Part shown: in pieces, positions 37,424 to 46,397 of the stretch | Numbering within the stretch: the stretch's first letter is position 1 | How the letters are laid out: each line of letters begins with the position of its first letter | Source: a virus | Taxonomy: Duplodnaviria > Caudoviricetes | DNA length: 64,000 nucleotides | Virus record (IMG/VR): IMGVR_UViG_3300045958_000007 | Coordinates: 1 to 64,000 of that record | Reading direction: 5' to 3' (one strand) | Made by a program: the position numbers and the translations under genes | Notes under the pieces: generated by a model | The model's database searches: none | What the model saw: only the letters and a program-made list of their open reading frames with translations | What the model was told of the DNA's origin: nothing

Positions 37424-37771
37424 TTACAGGTTTTGCGGGTCGAAACCCAGGCCGCGAATCCGCATGTTCAGCCGCGCCGCGCGGTTGAGCAGCTCGTCGC
37501 GCTCGAGCGCCATGCCTTCGGCCGAAATGCGCCGCGCGTCGTCGGAGGCGTCTTTTTCCCGCTCCAGGCGAGCGTTGATCCCCATCAGTTCCGCGCGTTG
37601 AGCGGCGAGGATAATGGCGTCCTTGGAAAGGCGTTCAAAGCCTTCCGTCAGGGCGCGGTTGCGCTGCTCGACGCCGGCGAGCGACTGCTTCAGTTGGCCG
37701 TTTTCGGCCGCGAGGTCGCGGTTTTCCTTCTGGATCCGCTGCTGCGTTCGTTTGCTGAAAATGCTCGTCAT
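37424..37771 (-). CDS. Coiled-coil hypothetical protein
   Basis: 115 aa heptad-rich. Confidence 0.55.
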   Translation of the reverse strand: MTSIFSKRTQQRIQKENRDLAAENGQLKQSLAGVEQRNRALTEGFERLSKDAIILAAQRAELMGINARLEREKDASDDARRISAEGMALERDELLNRAARLNMRIRGLGFDPQNL

Positions 37772-37783
37772 GAACTCCCCTTT

Positions 37784-38197
37784 TCAGATTTCGAGCGTCG
37801 AGTGGATGGCCTCGACCGCTTCCCGAATGACTTCCACCCTGGCCTGCAGCCGCGTGAGGCGCACTCCCATGGGCGACACTGCCGGGCCTGGCGCGGTCTT
37901 CTCGCCGGTGTTCGGCTGCGGGTTCGCCCGCACTACCTCGAGGCGGCTCCCCAGCCTTTCAACGGCTTCCCCAAGGGCGTCGATCTCCTTCTCTACGCGC
38001 TCGGCGATCTCGGGAATTTCGAGCGTCCGCTTCGGGTGTTGCAAGTGGATGGGCTCGCCGGCCGGGAAAGTGGTTTTGAGAATCCGGCGCGGATCGTTCA
38101 CGATGCCCACTTCCTGCTCGGGTGCCGTGTTGTGCTTGGCGGCTTCGGCCCGCTGCCATTCCTCTTGTGCGCGCTTATATTCTCGAAAGTCAGTCAT
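37784..38197 (-). CDS. Hypothetical protein
   Basis: ATG 38197 coupled to nusG stop. Confidence 0.5.
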   Translation of the reverse strand: MTDFREYKRAQEEWQRAEAAKHNTAPEQEVGIVNDPRRILKTTFPAGEPIHLQHPKRTLEIPEIAERVEKEIDALGEAVERLGSRLEVVRANPQPNTGEKTAPGPAVSPMGVRLTRLQARVEVIREAVEAIHSTLEI

Positions 38198-38775
38198 CAC
38201 GCTGCTTTTCTCCCCTGAAACTCCGGCCGCGCCGGCGCCGACATCGCCGGCATCATGACTTTCACTGGCTCCCTCGCGATGGGCTCTAACATCGCCACGT
38301 CCACCTCGGCCGAAATCGACCGCCGCAGCATGGTGACGCTGACGATCACCCGCGCGGAATTCTTCGCGTACACAACGAAACCTTCGAGGCCCGCGAGCGG
38401 CCCGCGCACGACTCGCACTCGATCGCCGGCGCTGACAAAAGCGCAGGACTCGACCGCCTTTACCAGGGGTGTGTTTACGATCCGGCGGACCGCCGCGACC
38501 TCGAACTCGGAAAGGGCGACCGGAGACCGCCCGCACCCTACGATGCTTACCACTTGCGGAATCTCGATCACCGGCCGCGCATGAAGCAGCTCAAACCTTG
38601 CGAAGCAGTAGCCCGGGAAAAACTTGCGTTCGATGGTGCGGGCTCCGCCCTTGCGCGAGGGGTCCTTGCGCTCCTCTACCAGGTGCGGATAGAAGGCATC
38701 GATTCCCTCCCGGCCGAGTTTGTCGACCACGAGGCGTTCCTGGGCGGAGCGGCAGTGTAGGGCGTACCAATCCAT
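38197..38775 (-). CDS. nusG: NusG/RfaH-family transcription antiterminator
   Basis: MDWYALHC...E, FFPGYCFARF, IPQVVSIVG, KOW GDRVRVVRGPLAGLEG. Confidence 0.85.
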   Translation of the reverse strand: MDWYALHCRSAQERLVVDKLGREGIDAFYPHLVEERKDPSRKGGARTIERKFFPGYCFARFELLHARPVIEIPQVVSIVGCGRSPVALSEFEVAAVRRIVNTPLVKAVESCAFVSAGDRVRVVRGPLAGLEGFVVYAKNSARVIVSVTMLRRSISAEVDVAMLEPIAREPVKVMMPAMSAPARPEFQGRKAA

Positions 38776-38867
38776 CGGCGGATGGCCTTCGGCCCCTGGA
38801 TGCGGAAGCCCGCATCATCGAAACAGGGGCACACCGGCCAAACCACCAGCCGGAAAAACGGAACCGT

Positions 38868-39347
38868 TCAGGCGGCCTGGGCCGCGGTCGCCTTCACGAC
38901 GGCGCTGATATCGCGCGCGCCGCTCAGGGACTCCTTCACAAAAGCCTGCTGTTCGGCTGCCGGCACATGCTCATCGAGCAGCTTGAACGTGTATTTCAAC
39001 TTCGCCTTCAGCGTCTCCAGGCCGAGGGCCTTCTCGAGCGCCGCAAATGCCTGCTGTGGGCTGACGACTTCCCGCTTTTTCTCGCAGGCCGTCAGATCCA
39101 CCCAATACTCGTTACCCTCGGCCCGGATCGGGGCCTTCGGGTCGGAATCCTTGTAGTGCGCCCTGATCTCGCCCTTGAGCCTGTCCAGCTCGTCGAGCCA
39201 GGGCTTGTTCCGCGCGTACTCCGCCAGCAGATATCCGCAGCGGTCCAGCTTCCGCCGGAAATCCGCCTCGGCATCGGCCGGCACCGCCGGTTTCGGTTGC
39301 CCGAGCGGGACTGCGGGGGCCGGCTGATGTCTCTTCAATTTCCCCAT
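38868..39347 (-). CDS. Hypothetical protein
   Basis: 159 aa, protein-like composition. Confidence 0.6.
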   Translation of the reverse strand: MGKLKRHQPAPAVPLGQPKPAVPADAEADFRRKLDRCGYLLAEYARNKPWLDELDRLKGEIRAHYKDSDPKAPIRAEGNEYWVDLTACEKKREVVSPQQAFAALEKALGLETLKAKLKYTFKLLDEHVPAAEQQAFVKESLSGARDISAVVKATAAQAA

Positions 39348-39353
39348 CGCCGC

Positions 39354-39509
39354 CTATGCCGCCGCGTCCGGGGTGAGCCACCCCAACACCAGAGTCTCGA
39401 GGTCCTTCACGCGGCGCCGCAGCGCCTGGAACTCCTCGGCGATGCGCTCCTCGCGGGTCGGCTGCTGCTGCGGCCTTGCGCCCTTCACCAGAATCAGCCG
39501 TCGGTTCAT
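39354..39509 (-). CDS. Small hypothetical protein
   Basis: MNRRLILVKG...EEFQALRRRVKDLE. Confidence 0.45.
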   Translation of the reverse strand: MNRRLILVKGARPQQQPTREERIAEEFQALRRRVKDLETLVLGWLTPDAAA

Positions 39510-39567
39510 GATCGGTACAGGACGATGGTAATGTCTGATCTGGTACATTTCAACGCTACAATGGGCT

Positions 39568-39598
39568 AGGTTTTCCTGGTATAGGAGCAGGAAAACCT
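39568..39598. promoter_or_regulatory. Operator-like inverted repeat between divergent genes
   Basis: aggttttcctg-N9-caggaaaacct, perfect 11-bp arms. Confidence 0.6.
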
Positions 39599-39643
39599 GG
39601 TACTTCGGCCAGTTTTCCGGAGGAAGACAAGGAATTCGGGCCC

Positions 39644-39976
39644 ATGAAATCGTCGTCGTCGTCCCCCGCCCGGCGGATGGAGCCAGTGTGGTTCTCACGC
39701 CGCGAACGCGAAGTATTATCCCTGCTCTGCCGCGGCTGGTCGAATAAGCAGATCGCCGCCAGGATCGAGATCTCGGTCGGCGGGGTCCGCTTCCACCTCA
39801 CCACGTTGCTCCGCAAGCTCCGTCTCCAGGACCGCACCGAGATGATCCTCTGGTGCCTCCAGCATCCCGAGGACGTCAGCCGCGGGCGCACCGAGGACCC
39901 ACGCCTCCACCCGGTCGGCTGCGCGTGCGGGGGCGCCTGTTGTTCGGCGATGCAGTTGATCGGCAAGGCCGCATAG
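39644..39976 (+). CDS. LuxR-type HTH regulator with C-terminal Cys cluster
   Basis: FSRREREVLSLLCRGWSNKQIAARIEIS...FHLTTLLRKL; CACGGACC. Confidence 0.8.
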   Translation: MKSSSSSPARRMEPVWFSRREREVLSLLCRGWSNKQIAARIEISVGGVRFHLTTLLRKLRLQDRTEMILWCLQHPEDVSRGRTEDPRLHPVGCACGGACCSAMQLIGKAA

Positions 39977-40123
39977 CCGGCCGGTTGGCAGGCTGGCAAC
40001 TCCGCCGGAGTGCGTGTATATCCTCCAGCCAACCAGCCAGCCGCGCATGAGCTAACGCCCTAAAGAAAGTAAACCCGTAAGGCGCGCGAAACGGCCGATT
40101 GGCGTCGGTTTCGGGGGCGCCGG

Positions 40124-40233
40124 TGCAGAACTCCAGGACTCGGGCATGCAGACCTCCAGGTCTGCGTGAATGCAGACCTCCAGGTCTCGGCTATGCAGAC
40201 CTCCAGGTCTGCATCGATGCAGAACTACAGGAC
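40124..40233. repeat. Five palindromic iteron/operator-like repeats, 23-24 bp period
   Basis: tgcaga(a/c)ct(c/a)cagg at 40124, 40147, 40171, 40194, 40218; A-tract follows near 40280-40295. Confidence 0.9.
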
Positions 40234-40297
40234 ACAGGGAAGAGAAAGGAAAGAGAACGGAATCTGACTTATGCAGGCAAATAACTAAAAAAAAAGG

Positions 40298-40327
40298 TTG
40301 ACGTTGGTACGAGGCAGTACGCATTAT
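40298..40327 (+). promoter_or_regulatory. Sigma70-type promoter
   Basis: TTGACG-N18-CATTAT after an A-tract. Confidence 0.6.
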
Positions 40328-40334
40328 GTGGGAG

Positions 40335-40628
40335 ATGGCTGCTAACAAGAGCCCCGAAAAGGGGGGCCTCGCCCGCTGGGAGGGGTCGACGCCGGACGAG
40401 CGCACCGAAGAGATGAGCCGGGTTGCGAACAGGGGATGGACGAAGGCGCGCCGCAAGGAACGCTCCGACCTGATGAAGAGGTTTTGGGCTGGAGTGTCCG
40501 CGGAGCGGGCGGAACGCGCTGCTGCTGCTGCTGCTGCGGCGGCTGGTGGAAGCGCGCCGCCAGGCGCACGCCGAGCGCGTACATCCGCGGCTACTGCGGA
40601 ACGCGACGAGGAGAGGGCTTCCTCCTGA
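40335..40628 (+). CDS. Small basic KGG-repeat-like protein
   Basis: KGGLARW...TPDERTEEMSRVANRGW...ERSDLMKRFW. Confidence 0.55.
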   Translation: MAANKSPEKGGLARWEGSTPDERTEEMSRVANRGWTKARRKERSDLMKRFWAGVSAERAERAAAAAAAAAGGSAPPGARRARTSAATAERDEERASS

Positions 40629-40637
40629 GCGATGCCG

Positions 40638-41567
40638 TCAGAGCCCAATCATGGCGGCGGCGTTCACTTTGAAGATTTCGGTGCGCCGGTAGTATTTTCG
40701 GAGTGCCTCCATGCTTCGATGCCCCGTCTGCGAGGCGATGAGGAATTCGCCAACGCCTGCATTGGCGGCCGTGGTCACGAACCCGGCGCGCAGGCTGTGA
40801 CTGCCGTAGCCGGTGGGATCGATGCCGACGCGGCGCAGCGATTCCCGCACTACCTTGGTCACGGCCTCGTCGCTCATCGGGTTCCGGTATCGGCCGCCGG
40901 TGACGGGCCGGAACAGCGGACCGGGATCCGGCCCCCGCACCTCGATCCATCGCTCGAGTGCGCGCACGGGGCAGGTCGCCGGATCGGAGCCGAAGGGCAG
41001 TCCAACCAGTCGCCCCTTTCCCGCGCGGTCCTGCTTTTCCCGCCGGATACTGAGGACGACGCCGGAGTCCGTGATCTCCACATCCTCGATTTGCAGCGAC
41101 ACGAGACTCGACCGGCGCAACGCCGACGCAAACCCTACCGCCAGGATGGCGCGGTTGCGGATCGCGATCGCGGTATCCTCGCCGGCGAGATCGCGGCACA
41201 CCAACCGGAGCTGCTCGATTGTGAGCGCCTTCATCTGACGGGGCCGCTCGGCGCGGATGCGGCTGGCGGCGGTCATCAGCCGCCACGTCGAATCAGCCAT
41301 GGGGCTCGCGAGGCCGGCGCGCTTGTGGTGAAACACCACGCTCGCCGCGCGGCGCCGCACCGTGCTGACCTTTTTCCCCTGCTCCAGTTGGTCCGTGAGC
41401 CAGAGCGAGATGGTTTCGTGCGAGGCGGGGAGCGGCGCGAGGTTATAGCGCCCGCACCACTCTTCAAAGATCCGCCAATCGTAGCGGTAACCTGCGAGCG
41501 TGTTGGGCGCGAAGGTACTTTCGCTAAGTCGGTCCCGTGCCGCGTACAGTTGCGGGAGAGGTGTCAT
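40638..41567 (-). CDS. Tyrosine recombinase, Cre-like
   Basis: N-terminal SAM-like domain (NTLAGYRYDW), RNRAIL...ALRRSSL, HSLRAG, QTGHRS...YY. Confidence 0.9.
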   Translation of the reverse strand: MTPLPQLYAARDRLSESTFAPNTLAGYRYDWRIFEEWCGRYNLAPLPASHETISLWLTDQLEQGKKVSTVRRRAASVVFHHKRAGLASPMADSTWRLMTAASRIRAERPRQMKALTIEQLRLVCRDLAGEDTAIAIRNRAILAVGFASALRRSSLVSLQIEDVEITDSGVVLSIRREKQDRAGKGRLVGLPFGSDPATCPVRALERWIEVRGPDPGPLFRPVTGGRYRNPMSDEAVTKVVRESLRRVGIDPTGYGSHSLRAGFVTTAANAGVGEFLIASQTGHRSMEALRKYYRRTEIFKVNAAAMIGL

Positions 41568-41615
41568 CCCGAAACCTTATCGGCAATTTTGCGGGCGAGG
41601 TTAGCAGGGAATTTT

Positions 41616-41648
41616 GGTTGGGCTACAAATCAGGATTGTAGTACAACC
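41616..41648. other. Candidate lox-like recombination site
   Basis: ggttgggctacaa-atcagga-ttgtagtacaacc; 13-bp arms (11/13 match), 7-bp asymmetric spacer, 48 bp upstream of recombinase start. Confidence 0.45.
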
Positions 41649-41990
41649 CCGATCCGGAGCAATACCAGCTTCCAAGGCCTGGGCCAAGCGGACAGGGCAC
41701 CCCCGGTGCCGGGAAAAGGCTCACTGAAGGTCTGCCATTAACATTCTTGGTCGGAGCGTTTTTGTTAGACCTTCTGCAAGCTGAACAATGACCACCGGGA
41801 GGTGTTACCTGCCCTCCAGTGTAAAGCCTTCCCAGTGGGTCATTCAAGTTAAAAAGACCTAGCCTTTTGGGGGAGGTGCTGTTTTGATTCAGTTACAGCG
41901 GGACACGAGACGCAGATACACACCCGGTACTCATACAACAATTCACCGATTCTTCTCCCTTTATTCCCTCCCTGTGGGCGGAGGCGTTCT

Positions 41991-43298
41991 ATGAGCGCCC
42001 CCAGCCCGATTAGACCTCGAAAAAAGCACGGCGCGGCCACCGGCCGGAAGCCTTGGGTCAAACCGCCCGGCCAGCGGAAGAGCGGCGATCCCAAGGGTAC
42101 CTACGCGCTGTTCAAGTGGGAGCAGGTATTTGAGGCGTTCCGGGAGAATGACTGGCGGGTGATCGGACTGGCGCTCCTGCCGGACCTGACCCGGATTTCC
42201 GCCTCGGCCGGCGTGATGTCCATCCTGGGATGGGTGGCGGCCCACACCACCGGAGGGGTTTACGGCCTGCGCGGGAGCCGCGTTCTCCTGCACAAGAAGG
42301 GCGGCCGGACCAAGTTCTCCTGCACCCTCACCACGGCGGATTTCCACAAGCTGTGCGGTCGCCGCTTTTCCCGGCGGTACATCCTCAAGGTCGTCTCCTA
42401 CTGCCTGGAGCAGGGCTTTCTGCTCCAGCGGGGGGAGACCGGCGAGGCGAAATACCAGTACGCGCTCGACCTCGAGCGGATCCAAAACGCCCCCACCGCG
42501 GAGCCCGAACCGGGCGAAGATGAGGCGAAAAATGAGGGCCAAAATGCGAGTTTTCGGGCTTCGGACGGATCGCGCGACCTCCACGGTGGAGAAGGCACAT
42601 CGGATCAATGGTTTACGGATGAAAACGGAGGCGGTGATGGAGCGAATGAAAAGCGAATGCTATGCAGAACTCCAGGACCGAAATCGAACCTGCTTTTGCC
42701 GGGCAACTGGCTCCGGCTGGGAAGCTCCATGGATGCCGCCGGCCACGAAGTAGCGGGCATCGATGTCCAGTCCGACCACCCCGTCAATGTTACCGCCTAT
42801 CTGGACGCCAAGGGGGACATGAAAATCAGAATTTCGCTTCCCCCGGCCGAGGCCAAGGCGGAGCCCATCAGGGAAATCCCTGAGCAGGCGGCGCCGCAGG
42901 AATCCCCCGGGGAAGGGCCGAAACTACCCCCCACCCCGGCACCCGCTGATCCCGTCCCGGGCATGCGCCGGGACCAGTTACTCCTCGGGCTGGCCGACCG
43001 GAATCTGCGGGTCACCCCCGCCTACGCGGATAAGGTTCTGGCTGGGTATCTTCCGGATGCGTCCGTGGGGCACCTCCTCGCCACGGTGGACCAGGAGATA
43101 GCCAACGCCAAGGCCAAAGGCAAGACGTTCGTAACGAGCTGGCTCCCGCACACGGCCAGACAGGCGGCGGCCTCGTGGCCTACCGTGGCCGCGAGACCGC
43201 CGCAGGGTCGGGGCTATCAGCCGAGCGAGAGGGAGAAGCGCCTCGCCAACGAAGGCCGGCGGGCCAAGGGACTGCCGGAGAGGGACTATGAGACCTGA
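41991..43298 (+). CDS. Putative replication initiator
   Basis: 435 aa first gene of operon; HTH-like FSRRYILKVVSYCLEQGFL; carries one copy of the 40124 repeat; function inferred. Confidence 0.45.
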   Translation: MSAPSPIRPRKKHGAATGRKPWVKPPGQRKSGDPKGTYALFKWEQVFEAFRENDWRVIGLALLPDLTRISASAGVMSILGWVAAHTTGGVYGLRGSRVLLHKKGGRTKFSCTLTTADFHKLCGRRFSRRYILKVVSYCLEQGFLLQRGETGEAKYQYALDLERIQNAPTAEPEPGEDEAKNEGQNASFRASDGSRDLHGGEGTSDQWFTDENGGGDGANEKRMLCRTPGPKSNLLLPGNWLRLGSSMDAAGHEVAGIDVQSDHPVNVTAYLDAKGDMKIRISLPPAEAKAEPIREIPEQAAPQESPGEGPKLPPTPAPADPVPGMRRDQLLLGLADRNLRVTPAYADKVLAGYLPDASVGHLLATVDQEIANAKAKGKTFVTSWLPHTARQAAASWPTVAARPPQGRGYQPSEREKRLANEGRRAKGLPERDYET

Positions 43299-43965
43299 CG
43301 AGCACCCCCTGACCCCGGAAGTCGCGGCGAGTGTGGTGGACGCGCTCGCCAGCTTCCGGTACTACCCGCAGAATCCTAAGTACGACTCGCTGATGCGGGA
43401 TCTCATTGACGATATGTGCCCCTCGGCCGAGGCGGCGGTCTGGGTAGTCAAGCGGGCGTTTCGGCTGTGGAACGGCGAGTGGAAGGGGCCGCAGGAGCTG
43501 CGCGCGATCCTCTGCTCCAAGTACTCTCCCGCCGATGGCGAGACAGTCTACTCCCAGCTCAAGGAGTTTCGCGCCGGCATTCCGCCGGAGAATCCCGTGC
43601 CCGGGCCGGTGCGCGCCGCCCTCCCGCCAGGGCGGGCGTATAGCGCCGATCCGCAGATGGAGGTCGCTGCGGAGCAGATGGTGGGTGCCGTCGCGCGTAA
43701 AGTGCGCGAGTTGCCGGAACTCTCCGCGGAGGACGCCGAGCGGGCCCGCAAGTTCGGTGTGGCGCTGGAGGAGGTTCTGACTGCGCCCGAAGATCGGGAG
43801 CCGCTGCCCGCTCCCCGCAAGCCGCCCCGGCAGAGCCGATTCGTGCGGTTGAGCCATGACGAAGAACACGCTCCGCTGCCCCCGGGTTCCTACCGGCGCA
43901 TCACGCAGGAGGATATAGACCGCGCCGTCCGCGAGCTGCGCGAGAAGAGAGGAGGCCCGCAGTGA
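43288..43965 (+). CDS. Replication-module protein (helicase-loader position)
   Basis: 225 aa overlapping initiator stop; synteny only. Confidence 0.4.
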   Translation: MRPDEHPLTPEVAASVVDALASFRYYPQNPKYDSLMRDLIDDMCPSAEAAVWVVKRAFRLWNGEWKGPQELRAILCSKYSPADGETVYSQLKEFRAGIPPENPVPGPVRAALPPGRAYSADPQMEVAAEQMVGAVARKVRELPELSAEDAERARKFGVALEEVLTAPEDREPLPAPRKPPRQSRFVRLSHDEEHAPLPPGSYRRITQEDIDRAVRELREKRGGPQ

Positions 43966-44189
43966 TTTCGGTGCCGCCGCAGAAGATGACGGTGCAGCAG
44001 CTCGAGAGCCGGGTCCGCTTCCACGAGTCGACGGCGGAGATGTTCGCGCGGGTAGGCGAGGAAAGGATGGCGGCGGAATTCCGCGAGCTGGCGGCGACGT
44101 ACCGGCGCGAGTTGGGGCGCCGCGGGAACGAGGACTCCGCTGTTTTGGTTTCTCTCCGCTCTCCGGACGGAGACGACGCACCGCTGTAG
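43962..44189 (+). CDS. Hypothetical protein
   Basis: 75 aa, GTGA-coupled. Confidence 0.5.
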   Translation: MISVPPQKMTVQQLESRVRFHESTAEMFARVGEERMAAEFRELAATYRRELGRRGNEDSAVLVSLRSPDGDDAPL

Positions 44190-44329
44190 GCGCGCTACAG
44201 CAGGCCAGATGCGGGGCCGGGCCGCATCCCCATCAGTTTCACCGGAGCAGATACCAAGGGCGTGATCGAAGTTGGGACCGCCGCTCTCACCCGTCGTGGG
44301 GCGGCGGTTCCCAGCGGGAGGCTTCGACA

Positions 44330-44632
44330 ATGGCGACGAAGAAGAAAGGCGGGAGCGCAGAGCCCCGGGTCATCAAGACGGACCGGCACGGATTTGTCCG
44401 CTGCCGGGTTTGCGGCTGCACAGAGATAGATGCGTGCGCCAACGGTTGCGGGTGGGTGGACGAGGACCTCTGCATCACTTGTAACAATGCGGTGCTGGCG
44501 GTAGGGGACTGGATGGAGAATGCGCGCCGGCCGACGTGGGCGGGGCTGCGCCGCGAGGTGGACCGGCTGCTGCAGTTGGGCCGAGGCCGGGCGATGGCGG
44601 CGCGGAGCGGGGGCGGCCATGGCCGCGAGTAA
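44330..44632 (+). CDS. Zinc-finger phage protein
   Basis: CRVCGCT...AC..GCGWV..DLCITC. Confidence 0.65.
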   Translation: MATKKKGGSAEPRVIKTDRHGFVRCRVCGCTEIDACANGCGWVDEDLCITCNNAVLAVGDWMENARRPTWAGLRREVDRLLQLGRGRAMAARSGGGHGRE

Positions 44633-44903
44633 GCTGGTCCCTGACGTCGATCCCCTCCTGGTTACGAAACAGGTATGGGTGGTCCAGGTCGCGCTCGACT
44701 TCGTGCGCCAGATCCATCCGCAAACCGTAGCGCGGATGCCGTGGTGGGATCGGGCGATGGCGCGGATCTGGATCGAGCGCGCAATCTCCTACTCGCCGGC
44801 TCCGGGCTCGGTGCCGGAGCTGGAGCCGCTGATCGCGGCGCTCGAAGTATTGGACGGGGCGGATCGGGGAGTAGCGGCGGAGGCGGGAAGTGCCCGCGGC
44901 TGA
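44619..44903 (+). CDS. Hypothetical protein
   Basis: ATG 44619 overlapping upstream gene. Confidence 0.45.
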   Translation: MAASKLVPDVDPLLVTKQVWVVQVALDFVRQIHPQTVARMPWWDRAMARIWIERAISYSPAPGSVPELEPLIAALEVLDGADRGVAAEAGSARG

Positions 44904-44907
44904 GAGA

Positions 44908-44942
44908 GTAATTTTATTACCCCGGCCGGGTAATAAAATTAC
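44908..44942. repeat. AT-rich 35-bp near-perfect palindrome
   Basis: gtaattttattaccc-cggcc-gggtaataaaattac. Confidence 0.95.
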
Positions 44943-44979
44943 CGCCGCCCGCCGCGGGCAGGCGTGCAAGGGGTCGATT

Positions 44980-45588
44980 TTAGACGGCGTGCATGGCTTG
45001 CACGGCCGCCGGAACAACCTTTTGCGCGGACCCGCGGAGCGCCGCCAGGTCCTCCGGGAAAATGCGCCAGCTCGACCCGGGGCGGGCGCGCTTCTCGCCG
45101 TCGCGCCGGATCGGGGCGTCCTGGATCGCCGGCAGTACCCCGGCGTGGATCATGCGCAGGATGGTCGCCGGGGCGAGCCCGCGCGCCGCGGCGGCCTCGT
45201 CGACCGTCAGCGCCTTGGTGAGCACCGGGCCATTGGCCGCGGGCTTGTGCGCGAGCAGGGCGGCGAGCGCCGCAGTAACCAGTTCGCCGGCGGGCATGCT
45301 CTGCAGGGCCTGCACGGGCTCGACGTTCGCGCCATGCTCGCCATGCCCGGCATGCTCGCCATCGCCGGCCTGCGCGGCGGCGGCCTCCTCGGGGTGGTCC
45401 CGCTCGTACTTCACGCGCTCGACGTCGCCCGCGTGGATGCGCTTCACCATCTGGTTGGTGCTGGAGTCTATCTCCAGCTTCGTGCGCAGTTTGCCGCGCT
45501 CTGCCATGGCGAGCACGCTGCGCGGTTTAATGCCGAGGATCTCGGCGGCGGCTTCCTTGCTGATGTATTCGACTTGAGTAGCTTCCAC
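44980..45588 (-). CDS. Double excisionase/MerR-type HTH protein
   Basis: YISKEAAAEILGIKPRSVLAMAERGKL and LTVDEAAAARGLAPATILRMIHAGVLPA. Confidence 0.7.
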   Translation of the reverse strand: MEATQVEYISKEAAAEILGIKPRSVLAMAERGKLRTKLEIDSSTNQMVKRIHAGDVERVKYERDHPEEAAAAQAGDGEHAGHGEHGANVEPVQALQSMPAGELVTAALAALLAHKPAANGPVLTKALTVDEAAAARGLAPATILRMIHAGVLPAIQDAPIRRDGEKRARPGSSWRIFPEDLAALRGSAQKVVPAAVQAMHAV

Positions 45589-45701
45589 TGTTTTGGTCTC
45601 CGTGTGGTGCCGCTACACCTGCTGTGGTGTGCATGCACTCCTTGCAGACCTTACCATCGACACCCGCTGTTACTCCAGATAAATCGAGAGGAGAGATCGC
45701 A

Positions 45702-45938
45702 GTGACGTACACACGGCAGGGGGATCGCGTCACCCTCGAAATGTCGCGCGACGATTTTGACCGGCTGACTCTAATGCTCGGGTTTGCGCTGGGCGGCGCA
45801 CTCCGAGACAGCGATCGCCGTCAGTTTTATGCCTGGCTTGCGTTTGTAAACGAGCTCAACGCGACGAACCCTGATTTCACGCCGTATGAGATCCCGGAAG
45901 AGTTTCGGTCCGCCCAACAACCGGAGGAGCGGCCGTAA
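45702..45938 (+). CDS. Hypothetical protein
   Basis: GAGGAG RBS then GTG 45702. Confidence 0.5.
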   Translation: MTYTRQGDRVTLEMSRDDFDRLTLMLGFALGGALRDSDRRQFYAWLAFVNELNATNPDFTPYEIPEEFRSAQQPEERP

Positions 45939-46267
45939 TGCTCGCCAGATTGCAGTACGCCGAGGGCGGCCCGTCGCTCGAAGTCAGTTTGGTCTACGTC
46001 TGGGACCGGGAGACCATGCTCCCGCGTCTGATGTCCAACTCAAACGGGGAGAAGGACGCCATGCGGAACGACGTATGGGCGCTGCTCGACCGCGAGCCCG
46101 CGGTTGATCGCGTGGTGCTGGTGCGGTCGGGCCTCACCGTATTCTTCCTGATGCGCCGGCGTGGCTCCTGGTTCGACGTCACGGGTAGAGCCGTGGTGAT
46201 CCGCATGGCCCCGCGGAGCGAAGCCGCAGCCGGCGGCGCGGCGGCGCGAGCCAGGGAGGCGGTATGA
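45938..46267 (+). CDS. Hypothetical protein
   Basis: TAATG-coupled, 109 aa. Confidence 0.5.
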   Translation: MLARLQYAEGGPSLEVSLVYVWDRETMLPRLMSNSNGEKDAMRNDVWALLDREPAVDRVVLVRSGLTVFFLMRRRGSWFDVTGRAVVIRMAPRSEAAAGGAAARAREAV

Positions 46268-46397
46268 AGGACCGCGAACCGATACCGTGTCGGTGCCGCC
46301 GATGCGGGTCTCGCCGGGTATTCCAGAGCGCAGTGTGGACGTGGCGCTGTGCCGCGTGTGGGGCGGCCAATTACCGTAGAAAGCTGCGGAAGTACGT

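Noticed and set aside
40124-40233. Mini CRISPR array
   Set aside because: Intervals between repeats are only 6-8 bp, far too short for spacers; no cas genes
40520-40545. (GCT)n microsatellite as a phase-variable switch
   Set aside because: Triplet unit encodes poly-Ala in frame and cannot shift the frame
44908-44942. N15-type telomere site of a linear phage-plasmid
   Set aside because: No protelomerase-sized gene; the 309-aa recombinase looks Cre-like. Kept only as a minor alternative
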